Shown here: piece by piece, positions 23,211 through 36,179 of the stretch
How the letters are laid out: each line of letters begins with the position of its first letter
How positions within the stretch are numbered: the first letter of the stretch is position 1
DNA from: Macrostomum lignano
Taxonomy: Eukaryota
Direction of reading: 5' to 3'
NCBI GenBank assembly: GCA_002269645.1
Contig: NIVC01000110.1
Coordinates: 682,001-746,000 of the forward strand
DNA: 64,000 nucleotides
Notes under the pieces: model-generated
The model's input: the letters and a program-made list of their open reading frames with translations, nothing else
Told to the model about the DNA's origin: nothing
Databases searched by the model: none
Translations under genes and position numbers: made by a program

Positions 23211-25425
23211 ATGCGTTGGCTTCCGTCTGCCGCCGCCGTTGCCACAGCGGCAGCCTCTGGGGTGTACCTCTCGTCGCCTTCGGATCCGAAGTCACCTCAG
23301 ATGAAGCTGTTGCCAAGGTCAGAGCGGGCCGACAACTCGGAGGCGCTCACTGCGCTTCGTCGCCGGTGTCTCACCTCGCTGACAATACGTCGCGAAGAGG
23401 CCGCAGCTCCCGGCATGTCGCTGTGCGTGTCGCTTGGAGGTCGGAGACTCATGAGTGGTGGCGTCGGTTTTGCTGACGTTGAGAACCTGATACCGTGTAA
23501 TGAGCGCAGCGTTCTGCGAGTGGCCAGCATTAGTAAGTGCTTCACCGCTGTGCTGGCCGCTCAGATGATGGAGGCTGGGCAGATGGATTTTGACAAACCC
23601 GTTGGCGAGTACCTGACGAAGCCGGAGATGAAGGTTAGCAGCCAATCAGATCTCTAGTTGGGGTTCAGAATGATAGCGGATGGTGGGTGCTGTTTATTAG
23701 CTAATCAGATCTCTAGCTAGAGTTCAGAATGATAGCGGAGGGTGGGTGTTGTTTATTAGCCAATCAGATCTCTAGCTAGAGTTCAGAATGATAGCGGAGG
23801 GTGGGTATTGTTTATTAGCCAATCAGATCTCTAGCTAGAGTTCAGAATGATAGCGGAGGGTGGGTGTTGTTTATTAGCCAATCAGATCTCTAGCTAGAGT
23901 TCAGAATGATAGCGGAGGGTGGGTATTGTTTATTAGCCAATCAGATCTCTAGCTAGAGTTCAGAATGATAGCGGAGGGTGGGTGTTGTTTATTAGCCAAT
24001 CAGATCTCTAGCTAGAGTTCAGAATGATAGCGAAGTGTGTGCTGTTTATCAGCCAATCAGAGAGCTCTAGTAAGGTTCAGGAATGACAACGCAGTAATTC
24101 GCTCTCAATCAAGCAATAATTCTGGGTGAACTTGCAGAAATTCAGCCGCATGACAGTGCGCCAGCTCCTCAGTCACACGGCCGGAGTTCGTTCTTATCAC
24201 CGCACGGATTCTGACGAACTGGAGAATCCCGAGTACTACATAACTAAGTACTATGCTAGTGCAACTGAAGCCACTAAGGAGTTGCTGTGCAACGATAAGG
24301 AAGCAATCGCCTCTGAGCCGCCGGGAAGCCAGTTTCTGTACAGCACGCACGGTTACACGCTTTTAGGAGCAGTTTTGGAACGGCTTAGCGGAGACCAGCC
24401 GATTGATAGTCTGCTCAAGAAGCTGTTTGTTCAAATGGGCCTCTCCTCTGGCACTGTGCCGGAGCAGCACGCGCCTATTATACGCAATAGAGCTCGGCAA
24501 TATCAGCGGAGTAAAAACTCTCCCAGTACACTAAATAATGCGGCCTATATTGACAATAGCTATAAGTACTCTGGTGGTGGCGTGCTGTCCTGCGCTGAGG
24601 ATCTGGTGGCTTTCGGTGAATTAATGATGCGCTGCGCCAATGGCGAGGACTGTAACGGTGAGGTGGAATTATAGTTAAGATTAGACTGCAAAGAGCTAAT
24701 ACTGGCGTGATTATTCTGACCAATCATGATTCTTGACTAGCGAAGAGTGGGGTGGGTGGGTGTTATTATTCTGACCAATCATGATTCTTGACTAGCGAAG
24801 AGTGGGGTGGGTGGGTGTTATTATTCTGACCAATCATGATTCTTGACTAGCGAAGAGTGGGGTGGGTGGGTGTTATTATTCTGACCAATCATGATTCTTG
24901 ACTAGCGAAGAGTGGGGTGGGTGGGTGTTATTATTCTGACCAATCATGGTTCTTGACTAGCGAAGAGTGGGGTGGGTGGGTGTTTTTATTCTGACCATTT
25001 AGGAGTCTTGACTAGCAAGTAGTGGTGTGCATGTGGTTATATCCGCTTATCAGGATGCTATTTTATATCTCTTCTATTTCTTAGGCATTCTAAAGCCGAA
25101 CACAATTAAAATGTTGTGGAGCGCGGTGCCAGGCACAAAAGTAAACTGGGGCGTCGCATTCACGGGTCCCTACTGCCTAGGATTCGGCACAGCCAACTAC
25201 AGAGGCGAGCAGATTGTACTGCACACCGGGGCAAGCATTGGCGGTACTAGCATCCTGCTGATGGTACCGCGTATCGGCGCCGTGATTGCCGTGATCTGCA
25301 ATCTGCAGCGCGTGAGTCTTACGGGCTTGGCAGTGTCAATCCTGGACGCTGTTTTTGACTATGTTCAGGAGACTGCCGCGTGTGCCGAACCGTCTACGGA
25401 GGTATCGGCTTGTGCGAGATTTTAA
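23211..25425 (+). CDS. LACTB: LACTB-like serine beta-lactamase/PBP-fold protein (likely mitochondrial)
   Basis: Exons 23211-23633, 24138-24657, 25085-25425. Catalytic SISK (SxxK), YST (YxN-equivalent) and HTG motifs; GFADVEN.PC, LLSHTAG, PGSQFLYSTHGYTLL, YKYSGGG as in LACTB. Confidence 0.9.
23637..24065. repeat. 59-bp CCAAT-containing minisatellite (LACTB intron 1)
   Basis: GCCAATCAGATCTCTAGCTAGAGTTCAGAATGATAGCGGAGGGTGGGTGTTGTTTATTA. Confidence 0.95.
24711..25020. repeat. 55-bp CCAAT-containing minisatellite (LACTB intron 2)
   Basis: CCAATCATGATTCTTGACTAGCGAAGAGTGGGGTGGGTGGGTGTTATTATTCTGA. Confidence 0.95.
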
Positions 25426-25546
25426 CCGAGCTTGGCTTTGTGATACGTCACTCGTGCGCTATTTTAATAATGTCGCGTAGTTTAAAACTGCATTTTCATT
25501 TTGAAAAGTCCTGTCCTATTTAGAAATATAACTAATATAGAAATAT

Positions 25547-25762
25547 AGCCAATCAGAGCTGAGAGAGGGGAAAGAGAGTCTAAGTGGAGTGAGGTTGGTG
25601 GCGAGTTTATCAACCAATCAGAGCTGAGCCATGGGAAAGAGAGTCTAAGCGGAGTGAGGTTGGTGGCGAGCTTATCAGCCCACTAGAACTAACTGAGAGA
25701 GGGAAAGCAAGTCTGAATGGAGTGAGATTGGGGTGAGGCCGAGCTTATCAGCCAATCAGCAG
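25547..25762. repeat. Degenerate ~65-bp CCAATCAG-containing repeat
   Basis: 3-4 diverged units downstream of LACTB. Confidence 0.75.
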
Positions 25763-26257
25763 AGTGTAGTAAAAATACTCTAATCTCCTTTTTATTACTC
25801 AGCCTTTCTCGTTTGATCGAAGATCTTTTTGCATGTTCCATTCAAATGTTTAAACAATATGTTTAATCAATGCGTTTTTAATAGTGACTAATAAGGATAT
25901 TGTTTACCTCGTATCTTGATTTGATTCATTTTCTAACAATATACCGTTATAATTACGAGTATTAGCCAGCATTCACCACTTGATTGGCATTATTATTAAT
26001 AAACTGTCTGTTGCTTTTCTAGCCTCTAAATTTGTCATTTGTATTTGTCTTAGTAGGCAATAAGTAGTATAATAATCGTGATTAAAACGAAAATTTCAAC
26101 TTTCAATTTCAACATTTCAAGTTTTTTAAAAAAAACTTTAAAACAACCGCCATGTGCATCCTGGATACTCCAATCTGACTGAATCTTTCCTTTAAGCAGG
26201 CAAACTCGTTTTTTTAAGATGGAACTGTGAGGAAGAAAAGAGGATAAATGTAGATAG

Positions 26258-26267
26258 ATAGAGACAG

Positions 26268-26301
<34 letters not shown>

Positions 26302-26718
26302 CACACTAAGACAGACAGACAGACAGACAGACAAGACACTAAGGCAGAGCGACAGACAGACACACTAAGACAGACAGACAGACAGACACACTAAGACAGA
26401 CAGACAGACAGACACACTAAGACAGACAGACAGACACTAAGGCAGACAGACAGACACACTAAGACAGACAGACAGACACTAAGACAAACAGACAGACTAA
26501 GGCAGACAGACAGACACTAAGGCAGAAAGACACGAAGGCAGATAGACACTAAGACAGACAGACAAACAGACAAGACTAAGGCAGACAGACAGACACTAAG
26601 GCAGATAGACAATAAGACAGACGGACACTAAGTCAGATAGACACTAAGACAGACAGACATTAAGGCAGATAGACACTAAGACAGACAGACACTAAGGCAG
26701 ATAGACACTAAGACAGAC
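26258..26718. repeat. (GACA)n with CACTAAG interruptions
   Basis: Direct observation. Confidence 0.93.
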
Positions 26719-27020
26719 AAATAACATTCATTGATATTGAAAACTATTTACACATCAGCCAAAAACAATATCGGGTGTAGCTGCATTCTCTGTTGCGTCT
26801 GCAAAGCTGCCAGAGCATCGAAGAAGGCCTTCATGTGCTGGTGTTTGAGTGTAAAAATTCAGTACATTCTCAGAGGAGTTCTACCGTTAAGCACTCAGTC
26901 AGCTGAGACAGTTTTTGCATTTATGTGCCGCATAAGGGTTTAAAGAGTTGCTCTAATGGAATTTTTTCTACATTTTCGGCATCAATTCCTGTCTCTTGTA
27001 CTTGACGTGAACTCTCAAAG

Positions 27021-27780
27021 ATTTAGGTTTAGGTTTTTGTTATGTATTTAGGTTTAGGGTTTAGATTAAGTTTAGGGATTATGGTTACGGCTGGGTTTAC
27101 AGGTTAGGTTTAGAGCTAGGCTTGGTTACTTTAGGTTAGGTTTACGGCTAGGGTTTACGTTAGGTTAGGGTTATGCGTTTAGATTAAGTCTAGGGGTTAC
27201 AGTTACTGCTTGGTTTAGGTTAGGTTAGGCCTTAGGATTATGCTTTTAGATTAAGTCTAGGGGTTACGGTTACGGCTTGGTTTAGGTTAGGTTAGGGTTA
27301 TGCTTTTAGATTAAGTCTAGGGGTTACAGTTACTGCTTGGTTTAGGTTAGGTTAGGCCTTAGGATTATGCTTTTAGATTAAGTCTAGGGGTTACGGTTAC
27401 GGCTTGGTTTAGGTTAGGTTAGGGTTATGCTTTTAGATTAAGTCTATAGGGGTTACAGTTACGGCTTGGTTTAGGTTAGGTTAGGGTTATGCTTTTAGAT
27501 TAAGTCTAGGGGTTACGGTTACGGCTTGGTTAAGGTTACTTTAGGTTAGGTTTAGGGTTACGGCTAGGGTTTAGGTTACTTTAGGTTAGGTTTAGGGTTA
27601 CGGCTTGGTTTAGGTTACTTTAGGTTAGGTTTAGGGTTACGGCTAGGGTTTAGGTTAGGTTGAGGTTTACGCTAGGTTAGGATTAAGTTTTAGGTTATGG
27701 CTCTAGGATTCGAGGTTTTAGGGTTTATATTACGATTATTAGGTTAATTTTTTTAAAGTTTAGGTTAGGGTTTAGGTTCG
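27021..27780 (+). repeat. Degenerate TTAGG/TTAGGG telomere-like array with ~60-65-bp higher-order unit
   Basis: Dense TTAGG, TTAGGG, GGTTAC motifs. Confidence 0.85.
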
Positions 27781-28332
27781 TCAGTCATTTATAGTAGTGA
27801 GTTTAAATTGTCGTATAGACCTCTCTATTACTGCTTACGAACCGATACTCAAATGCATACAGTTGTATGCGAGGCTGCAGCCCAGAGCGGTTTTCTCTGC
27901 TTCTAATAGTTGCTCTTTATTGTCCCTGCAAGCCAGCCATACCGCCTCATGGCTTGCTGCACCTGTTTGCTTGCCTCAGCTGTTCTGGCGGGGTGGGGCC
28001 CGCACCTTATAGCGGTCATAAATATCAAATTTAAGAGTGTAAATTTCCGTTCCCGTGCATCTGCCCAACTGCTCAACTATTTTGAGTCTATTGAGTACAG
28101 GTACATTTAGTTTACATTGCACGCAGTGTGCTCGTGCTATACAGCAGCTGCAGTATCCATCTGGACTGAGAATTTTCCATCTTAATAGAAAAGTAGAATA
28201 AATTTTATACATTTTCCGGCAGGGGTTGCGAGGGGGTCAGCTGACCCTCCGCTCCCAGGGGGGGGGGGAAATCCTAGATTCGGTCTTTTAGATAATTGTA
28301 GATAATTGCGAGCGGCATCTTTAAAGCGCCGA

Positions 28333-28985
28333 ATGTTAGATTTTAGCGTCATATACTAGATTTTAGCGTCATATACTAGATTTTAGCGTCATAGACTAGA
28401 TTTTAGCGTCATAGACTAGATTTTAGCGCCACAGGCTAGATTATAGCGCCACAGGCTAGATTTTAGCGCCACAGGCTAGAGTTTAGCGCCACAGGCTAGA
28501 GTTTAGCGCCACAGGCTAGAGTTTAGCGCCACAGGCTAGATTTTAGCGCCACAGGGTAGAGTTTAGCGCCACAGGCTAGATTTTAGCGCCGCAAGCTAGA
28601 TTTTAGCGCCACAGGCTAGAGTTTAGCGCCACAGGCTACATTTTAGTGCCACATGTTAAATTATAGCGCCACAGGCTAGAGTTTAGCGCCACAGGCTAGA
28701 TTTTAGCGCCACATGCTAGAGTTTAGCGCCACAGGCTAGATTTTAGCGCCACATGCTATAGTTTAGCGCCACAGGCTACATTTTAGTGCCACATGTTAAA
28801 TTATAGCGCCACAGGCTAGATTTTAGCGCGACAGGCTAGAGTTTAGCGCTACAGGCTAGAGTTTAGCGCCACGGGCTAGATTTTAGCGCCGCAAGCTAGA
28901 TTTTAGCGCCACATGTTAGCTTTTAGCGCCACAGACTAGATTTTAGTACCACAGGCTAGATTTTAGCGCCACATGTTAGATTTTG
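28333..28985. repeat. 20-bp minisatellite (TTTTAGCGCCACAGGCTAGA)
   Basis: Direct observation. Confidence 0.95.
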
Positions 28986-29594
28986 TCAGAGATCATCATG
29001 CCCCTCCGATTTAAATTGGGGAGGTAAACGAACCCCTCCCCCTCCCCATGGATGGCTAGCCCATTTCAGTGAATGAATAGGCTCCACAACGAAGTCAAGT
29101 ACATGTAACTGTGCAATGCAGTATTTTTCAAGTGTCGAGTATAGATTTACAGTTTAGCAATAACCGTACTGAACTCGAGATGCGGAATCGAGATAAGCGG
29201 TCCAATTAAATCTTCGATTCCTGCAGCGCCCGAGGGTGGATTCCGATGTAGTGCATGGCATTTTCGCTGCTGGGAAATCAATGTGGGGACAAATCGAGGC
29301 CATGCGAAGTCAACTCCATCTGAGACGTGCTAACCCATATATACACTGCAAAAGTGCACGCATATCAGTGGGGCTATACTATACTGTAGCCACACAGTCA
29401 GTGTCGCGTTTCGAGCGGATATCGAAAAACAATTTTTTTCAAGTAAAAAAGTACACACAACAACTGCAGTCCCTATTTCGATACAAATATAGCATCCTAG
29501 AACCAGTCTATGACTGCTTTGAGCAACGAAAATTCGGTCAAACTTTATGCGGGATACAGGATAATAATATTATGTAATTTGCCTGAGCAGAGGG

Positions 29595-29910
29595 ATCGTG
29601 AGCAGTGGAGGGTGAACATGACAGAGTAAGAAGTGGAGAGTCGAATGAGATGGGAAAGTGAGTACGGAGAGTGAGTTGAGAAAGGGAGAGTGAGTAGAGG
29701 AGACAGTAGGGGAGAGTGAGAAGGGGAGGGTGAGTAGGGAGAATGAGATGGAGAGAGTGAGTAGGGTGAGTAGGGAGAGTGAGTAGGGAGAGTGAGATGG
29801 AGAGAGTGAGTGGGGATAGTGAGATGGAGAGAGTGAGTAGGGAGAGTGAGATGGAGAGAGTGAGTATGTGAGAGTGAGAAGGGGAGGGTGAGTAGGGAAG
29901 AGTGAGTAGT
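29595..29910. repeat. GA-rich degenerate repeat (GGAGAGTGAGTAG-like)
   Basis: Direct observation. Confidence 0.8.
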
Positions 29911-32516
29911 GTGATTTCGAAGACGCAATTTTTAGTTAGAAAAGAGATTAAGAGATTGCAAGTATGAAGCCGAGAACAGAAGATCAAAGTCATAAATTAT
30001 TGACTACCACTTTTGCTAGGTGTTATAAATAGCTGCCGGAAATCATTACGAGTCACTGAAAGAACAAGCAATGCTGCGAGTACTTTGAAGTGAGCGTATT
30101 GAAGCATTGTAATATTTCGCTCCTCAATAACAAAGACAAGGGATTATGGAAAGACCTGCGGAATGCTGACCTATTATAGACTATATATACTGTCTCTTAC
30201 TTATACGAGCGTACACATAGGTCGATGATAAGCTCTCTTCACTTTCTGCCTTCCCATTTCAATCAGTTATATTATATACCGGTACAAGCTAGTGATTGAC
30301 CGAATTTACGAAGGAGACGTACATGTATTAAGGCCGCCGGAAAAGAATTAGTGGGAGACGGAGAAGGTCGAGCATCAGTCTTCACTCTTCAGCTCCGGCA
30401 AGGATTCGCCAACAGTCATTCTTCGCTACCGAGTCCCGCCAAGGGGAGCTCGCGAAAAGTTCTGAACTCGTAAAGTTCGTCTCGTCCGTCTTTACCATTC
30501 CTTTCTCTGTCTCGCTCTCTCTCTTTTCCGTTCTAACCACCCAACCGCTCACTCTCCCCGACTCATGCTGGACATCATTGGGCGAGGCCGAGGCTTGACT
30601 GAGTATTTGGGAACGCGAGAAGGTCGACTGCATCGACCCCACCAGCCACCATGCACCGACCACTGCACCCTATTCTCTCTCATCCCATATTGCCGCCGTA
30701 ATTGAGCTCAGCAATGTGAGTAGTGTCCCCTTGAGATTTTGTACACAGTCTGGTCTGTGTGATTTAAATGACTTTATCCCGATAATTTATACAACCGGCT
30801 TTATTATGCAGACTTATGGTAACCAATTTATCTCTGAATTATTTTTCGTATTGGCTGAAGCCAATAAAAATGCCGCTTCAGTTGCACTATTCCGCGTTAT
30901 TATGCGTCTGTCTGACCAAGAGGCAGTCTGCGTGGGTTCGCTTTCCATCAGCTGTGATTTCGTTTTTTGATTCCTATTTTATGGTGACCTGCTTTATTTT
31001 TAACGACTCCCACTTTTGTTTTAACAGAGATTAAACATCTGGTTGAGGGGTTCTGTAGCTAAATAAGTACACAATCACCCTTAAATTAAGCTAAAATCAC
31101 TGTTGTCTGAATCAGTTCAGCCGCTCCGCAAGCCCTCCCTCACTTATTTTAATTGCAGTCACCACTTCTACCCCGCCACTGAATTCTCATTGGCTGACGC
31201 TGGGCGTCTGATTTCTTATTACTGTTTACAACCCGGCCCGCCAGACACTCACAACCCCATCCCCAGTAAATGTTAAATCGATAAAAACTTAGAGCCACGC
31301 GAATGAATGACCGTTGCAATCCTTAAGTCTGACTTTAAAATTCTGTCTGAATATCAAGCTCGGGCTTTTATAAAAAACAAACAGATCGAAGTCTTATTTC
31401 GCTTGACAATTTTTTCTTATCAACTCAACAAACAATCAAACCACCATCACCGTTTGTGACAATAGTGAGGTAACTAACAGAAACTTTCTTTGGACTCGGT
31501 TTATTTTCACAACAACAAAAAATAAACAGCACGTCTGAAGACTCTGAACACCAAAACAAATCAACAACTTTCCTTACACAGTAAAACAAAACCTTGAACT
31601 ACTAAAACCAAATAAGATAAACTTTTGTAAATTACTAACACTGAAGTACTACAACCCCAGACTCCCAGAGGTTAACTGATTTAATATCGGAAGATATTGC
31701 TATAGCCCAAAAAAGCTATAGCAATAGAAACAAGCAAATAATAAATAACAATAATAATGATAATAATAATAAAAACTTGAAGCCAAACAAACGTAAGTTG
31801 AGCACAATAATAAACACACAAAGCGACCATATTATAAACGTTTAGCTATTGTTGAACACTGATTGGAACCATATTTTAAAACAACATAATATTATTAATA
31901 TTTATAAGTTAGGCAAGATAAACTGGGAGAGCTTGGGTTTGCAGTCTTGATGTATAAAAATGAGATGTCGACCTGAAATAAGCAGATCTCCAAACTAAAT
32001 TATTTACAGTGACAACAAAATGGGCAGTTATAGTTTTCGAGTTTCTGTTTCAGCAGGCAAGAATTTCCAATACATTTTCCTATCTATCGAGCGCATAATA
32101 AGTAATCTACTATTATTGTATAACAGCTTGAAAATATTAATTTATGATGAATCGACCAGAAATGCACTGTTAAATTCGTCACACAATTATTCTCAATTAA
32201 CAAGTAAATAAATATTGCTTGAGTAGTGGAGGGGAGGGCCAGGAGGATAAAGATTGGATTATTTTGTATTAGTAAACTATCTGGCAAAAATTATTAATAT
32301 CCCTCGAAAATCGCTTTTGTTTAAATTGGAGAAACTTTTAATTGGCGCCAATTTGATTTTACTGATTAATGCAAAGCTATACAAAAACGATTTTCAAGTA
32401 ATTTATTCAGTAGATTTTGTTAAAATTCGTTGATTATCTGACTTCAACAAGGCATGGCACGGGTAGTATTTAAGTTATTTAATTAAAATAGCTAATAATG
32501 CGTTGCTATGCGGAAC

Positions 32517-33756
32517 TTATGCGTGACAACCGCCATAGCCGGAGTCTTTGTTGCACAGCCGGTTCTGGCAGCCGCGGTAGTCGGAGAAAGACGAGGCCGC
32601 CGAGGCGATTCGAGACGTTGACGCGATCGACTCCAGCTCTTCGAGTGAGGCGCAAGAAGACGGCGGTGGAGGCGGTGGCATCGGCTGAGTCTGAGTCGCC
32701 ACCTCTTGAGTGACAGCAGCCTCCTCCCGCTGAAGGAAGGGATGATGCAGCATCTGCTGGAGGCTGGGCCGCTTGGCCGGATCGGCCTGCAGGCAGGCAT
32801 TGATCAGGTCCCGGCACTCTGGGCTGAGCTTCCGCTTGAACAAAGGCGTACAGTCGCAGATCTGGTCGTCCCGTTCGAATGGTACATCGCCGCAGACCAT
32901 ATCGAATAGCAGGATGCCCAGCGACCAGACCTCGGCCTGCTTGCCGTTGTATCGCCGGTGCCGGATCCACTCGGGCGGGCTGTACACCCTCGTGCCATTG
33001 AAGTCCACGTAGTCAGCTTCTCGAAGCAGAGCGCCGGAGCCGAAGTCGATCAGGCGGAGAGTGCCGTCGGCCAGGTTGACGAGCAAATTCTCGTCCTTGA
33101 TGTCACGGTGCAGCACGCCAACTTCGTGGCATTCGGTCAGAGTGTGCAGCAACTGCCGCATCAGGTCCTTGGCCTCGGTTTCATCCAGGTATCGCTTAGT
33201 TGAAATATAGTCGAATAGGTCTTTGCACTTTTGAATCGCTGCATCACTACTAGCCATTCGCGATCGCCTTCGTAATATTCGACCGGCTGAACTATACCGG
33301 ACACGTTGCGACACATGTGCAGCAGGACGATCTCTATTGGGACGAGTTTGTCGCATGGCAACTTGTGCCAGGTCAGCTTGCTCTTCTCCATCACTTTCAC
33401 CACAAATTCGGCGCCATCGCAGCGTCTCGTCGTGTTGTAAACTCGGCCAAAACCGCCCCGGCCGATCTCCATGCCAACCATGTAGCAGCGTCGGAATTCG
33501 TCAATATGGCGCCATTCGGGCGGCTGGTCTGTCAGCAGACACTCCTCTTGCACTTCGCTTTGTTGCTGCTGGCGCTTGGGCACTTCAACTGTTTTTAAAG
33601 TTTGATTTTAAAACAAATGATCAGTGCCACTGAAAGCCAGTCTACTCACTAATATTACGATTTATTACAGTACAGCAAATTGTAAATTGCAAAGCAAAAT
33701 CGAGACTTACAGGAGATCGGCGCGGAGTCCTCGTCCTCGGCAAATAGGCTCGCCAT
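32517..33756 (-). CDS. PIM: PIM-family Ser/Thr kinase, interrupted by a 1-nt frameshift at ~33229-33232
   Basis: Exon 1 33711-33756 (MASLFAEDEDSAPIS), exon 2 32517-33588. IGRGGFGRVY, VVK, VPIEIVLL in one frame. KDLFDYI, HRDIKDEN, LIDFGSG, GTRVYSPPEWI, VWSLGILLFDMVCGDVPF in the -1 frame. Confidence 0.9.
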
Positions 33757-36179
33757 GGCGCTTTGCATTAGCAAGACGTTACGATTCCAATTGCTCATTT
33801 TTGCGTCTAGAAAGGAAGGAACTAGCTACTAGTCGGGAGGAGACTCGCGCAATTGATTTATCGAGACTACAATCGCGGATGGTCTCCTACTCAAAACAGC
33901 GGCGTCAAACGCTCAGTAAGCTAAGGCTGGCTTAGTGTGGCGAGACAAGCAAACTTGTCGTGTGCGAGCTTAGTTAGAGTGTGCTTTTTATTAGAATGGG
34001 GGACCCACCTCCTCCCCCAAGCTGCTTTCACAGCCAACCCAAATTCAGTTGTGTTGAAGGCCAAATGGTAGTCTTGCACCAAAACAAATAATAGAAAAAG
34101 CGAACTAATTTTAATAAATAATCGGAAGACAAAACTCTTGCTATCAAAAAGAAGATATTTTTTAACACAAAGGTTGCTGTATTGATGAAAAACTGTTCAA
34201 TAGAGATTTAGGATCTACTTGATCAAAACGAGAATTCCCGCCATTCCCAAAATCGTGTGGAGAAAAGCCGTCTAAAAATAGGAAAGCTAGACGACCTTAG
34301 TATAATGAAAGTAATGGAATAGGATTCCCCAGCACGCGTATAGTTGATGACTTTCTTATTGAACCAGTTAGAAATTCTGGACACTTCTGGAACGGATTTA
34401 CTTGTTTACCGCCCCCCCCCCCGCAGACGGCAGACAATAATAATTAATTTTTCTTTGTCACTGCATTTATTTGTAAATAAGATCAAATAGGACCGTCAAT
34501 GCTGAGGTCTGTTAATTAAGTTTGACTTGAGGTTAGTTTTGAGCTTCTGTGATTGTTATCTGATTATTAATTTACACTATTGTCTCGCTACGACTTCGCG
34601 TGTATAGCAAAAATAAATATCGTTGCAATTCAAAAAGTGCATTCGCACTCATAAGTTATAGTGTTGATAGCGTCCACCGTTCACCCCACTTTCGCTAGCC
34701 CAAGGCGGGCAAATTGCCGTTCCCATTCAGAGTGGCGCGTGAGCGTCCGGTCTATCTGAGGGCGCCTTGGCCGCTGGGGCTGGGGCCGGCTGGGTCTATG
34801 CGAACTGGTTAGAGGGGGCGTGCTGAATTGGACGGAACGGATGAAGGAGGGTAAGAGCGCAAGAAAAGGAACAGGAACGTTAAACGGAGAAAATGAATTA
34901 ACCAAAATCGATTTTCTCGCCCAAGCCTGGTTTTACTTGCACTCGTGGTAGCCACCAGACAGACAGAACGACCTTCTTCAGTCCCTCCGTCTAATTGAAT
35001 CTAGTACCAGTAACCAGCTAGATTGCCTCGTTCCAGCAGCTTCGTACTGCGGCCTACAAAAAAGTACACAGTGTCCTTTCCCAAATAGCCCCACGCGTTG
35101 TTTTTCCTCTCTTCAACCGACAACGAATGACCCCCCTATTTTCCTTATTCGACAAAAATATACGTTTTTTGCCTGGTGAAATTAAGTTTTGCACGGAAAT
35201 TTTAGTTAATATGGCGCCAGTAAAACAAAACTTCGTTTGATTCGTTTTTTACAAGTAAACAAGTTCAACCAAATTTGCTAAGAACACTTGACCCGTAAAG
35301 TAATAAATTAAAAAAGTATTATAAAGTTATCAATATATTTGATTGTAAAGAAACACTTCAAGAACGATTCTTTTAAGCTACACAAAGCTATTCTTTATCA
35401 GAAGAGCATTTACAAAAGCATTTTAAAATTCACAAAAAGGAGTCAGAAAAGCTCCATTTTATGTTTTATCGGCATGTTTTGAGTCTTTGACGTATCTATG
35501 ACGTTTCCATATCTAACAAACTCGGTTAGCATAAAATGAAATCTTTGTCGAAATTCTCGAGCCGAACTGACCCCCAGACGCTAAACTACAGTAATTATTG
35601 TACTTTTTATAACTGCCACAGGTCCAGTCCAGTAGAAGTGGTGTGGCTTCAAACTTTTGGCACTTTTTATCGCTTCATAATTTTATAATCTTCATGCCTG
35701 TCATGCGTGATGCATTTTATGGCCCCCGCGCCTCCAAAGAAGTTTTCATTAGCCCGTACGTACATTGTAAAATGAGACAGACCGTTAGCCCAATAAAAAT
35801 CGCGCTAAGATAATAGATAGAGCCGCTGTGCGCACTGAGCTGGGCAAACCCCCACCCAGTCAATCACACCTATTGCGCGTGGTCAGTGAAGAGCCGCGAC
35901 TATTAAAAGCTTAATAATTAGTTATAGTTAGCTAGCCTTATTAGCTGGTAAAGAAATTTTGTTAAAGGTCCAAGTGACTGACTTCTCGGAGCCCCCCCCC
36001 CCTGCGGCGCTGGCTCATTGCTCCGTGGCGATTTTCCTAGCCTCTCGGATGAGTGAATATTGAGCCCTATATGGACAGGCCACCTTCTGTACTTATGCAA
36101 TTCGAATTACATTACATGTAGCCGCTAATGGCGATGCTAGAGCTACTTATTTGGCTTCCATCCTGTGCGAAAAGAAATC

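Noticed and set aside
23211-25425. Horizontally acquired bacterial beta-lactamase / resistance gene
   Set aside because: Has spliceosomal introns and LACTB-specific motifs; LACTB is a normal metazoan gene.
30382-30663. 93-aa minus ORF / structured RNA in a GC-richer island
   Set aside because: No recognisable protein motif, splice context or RNA family signature; partial GTAAAGACGG similarity to a remembered flatworm SL sequence is too short.
33220-33245. Canonical programmed -1 ribosomal frameshift in PIM
   Set aside because: No X XXY YYZ heptamer in the correct frame; an indel or sequencing error is more parsimonious.
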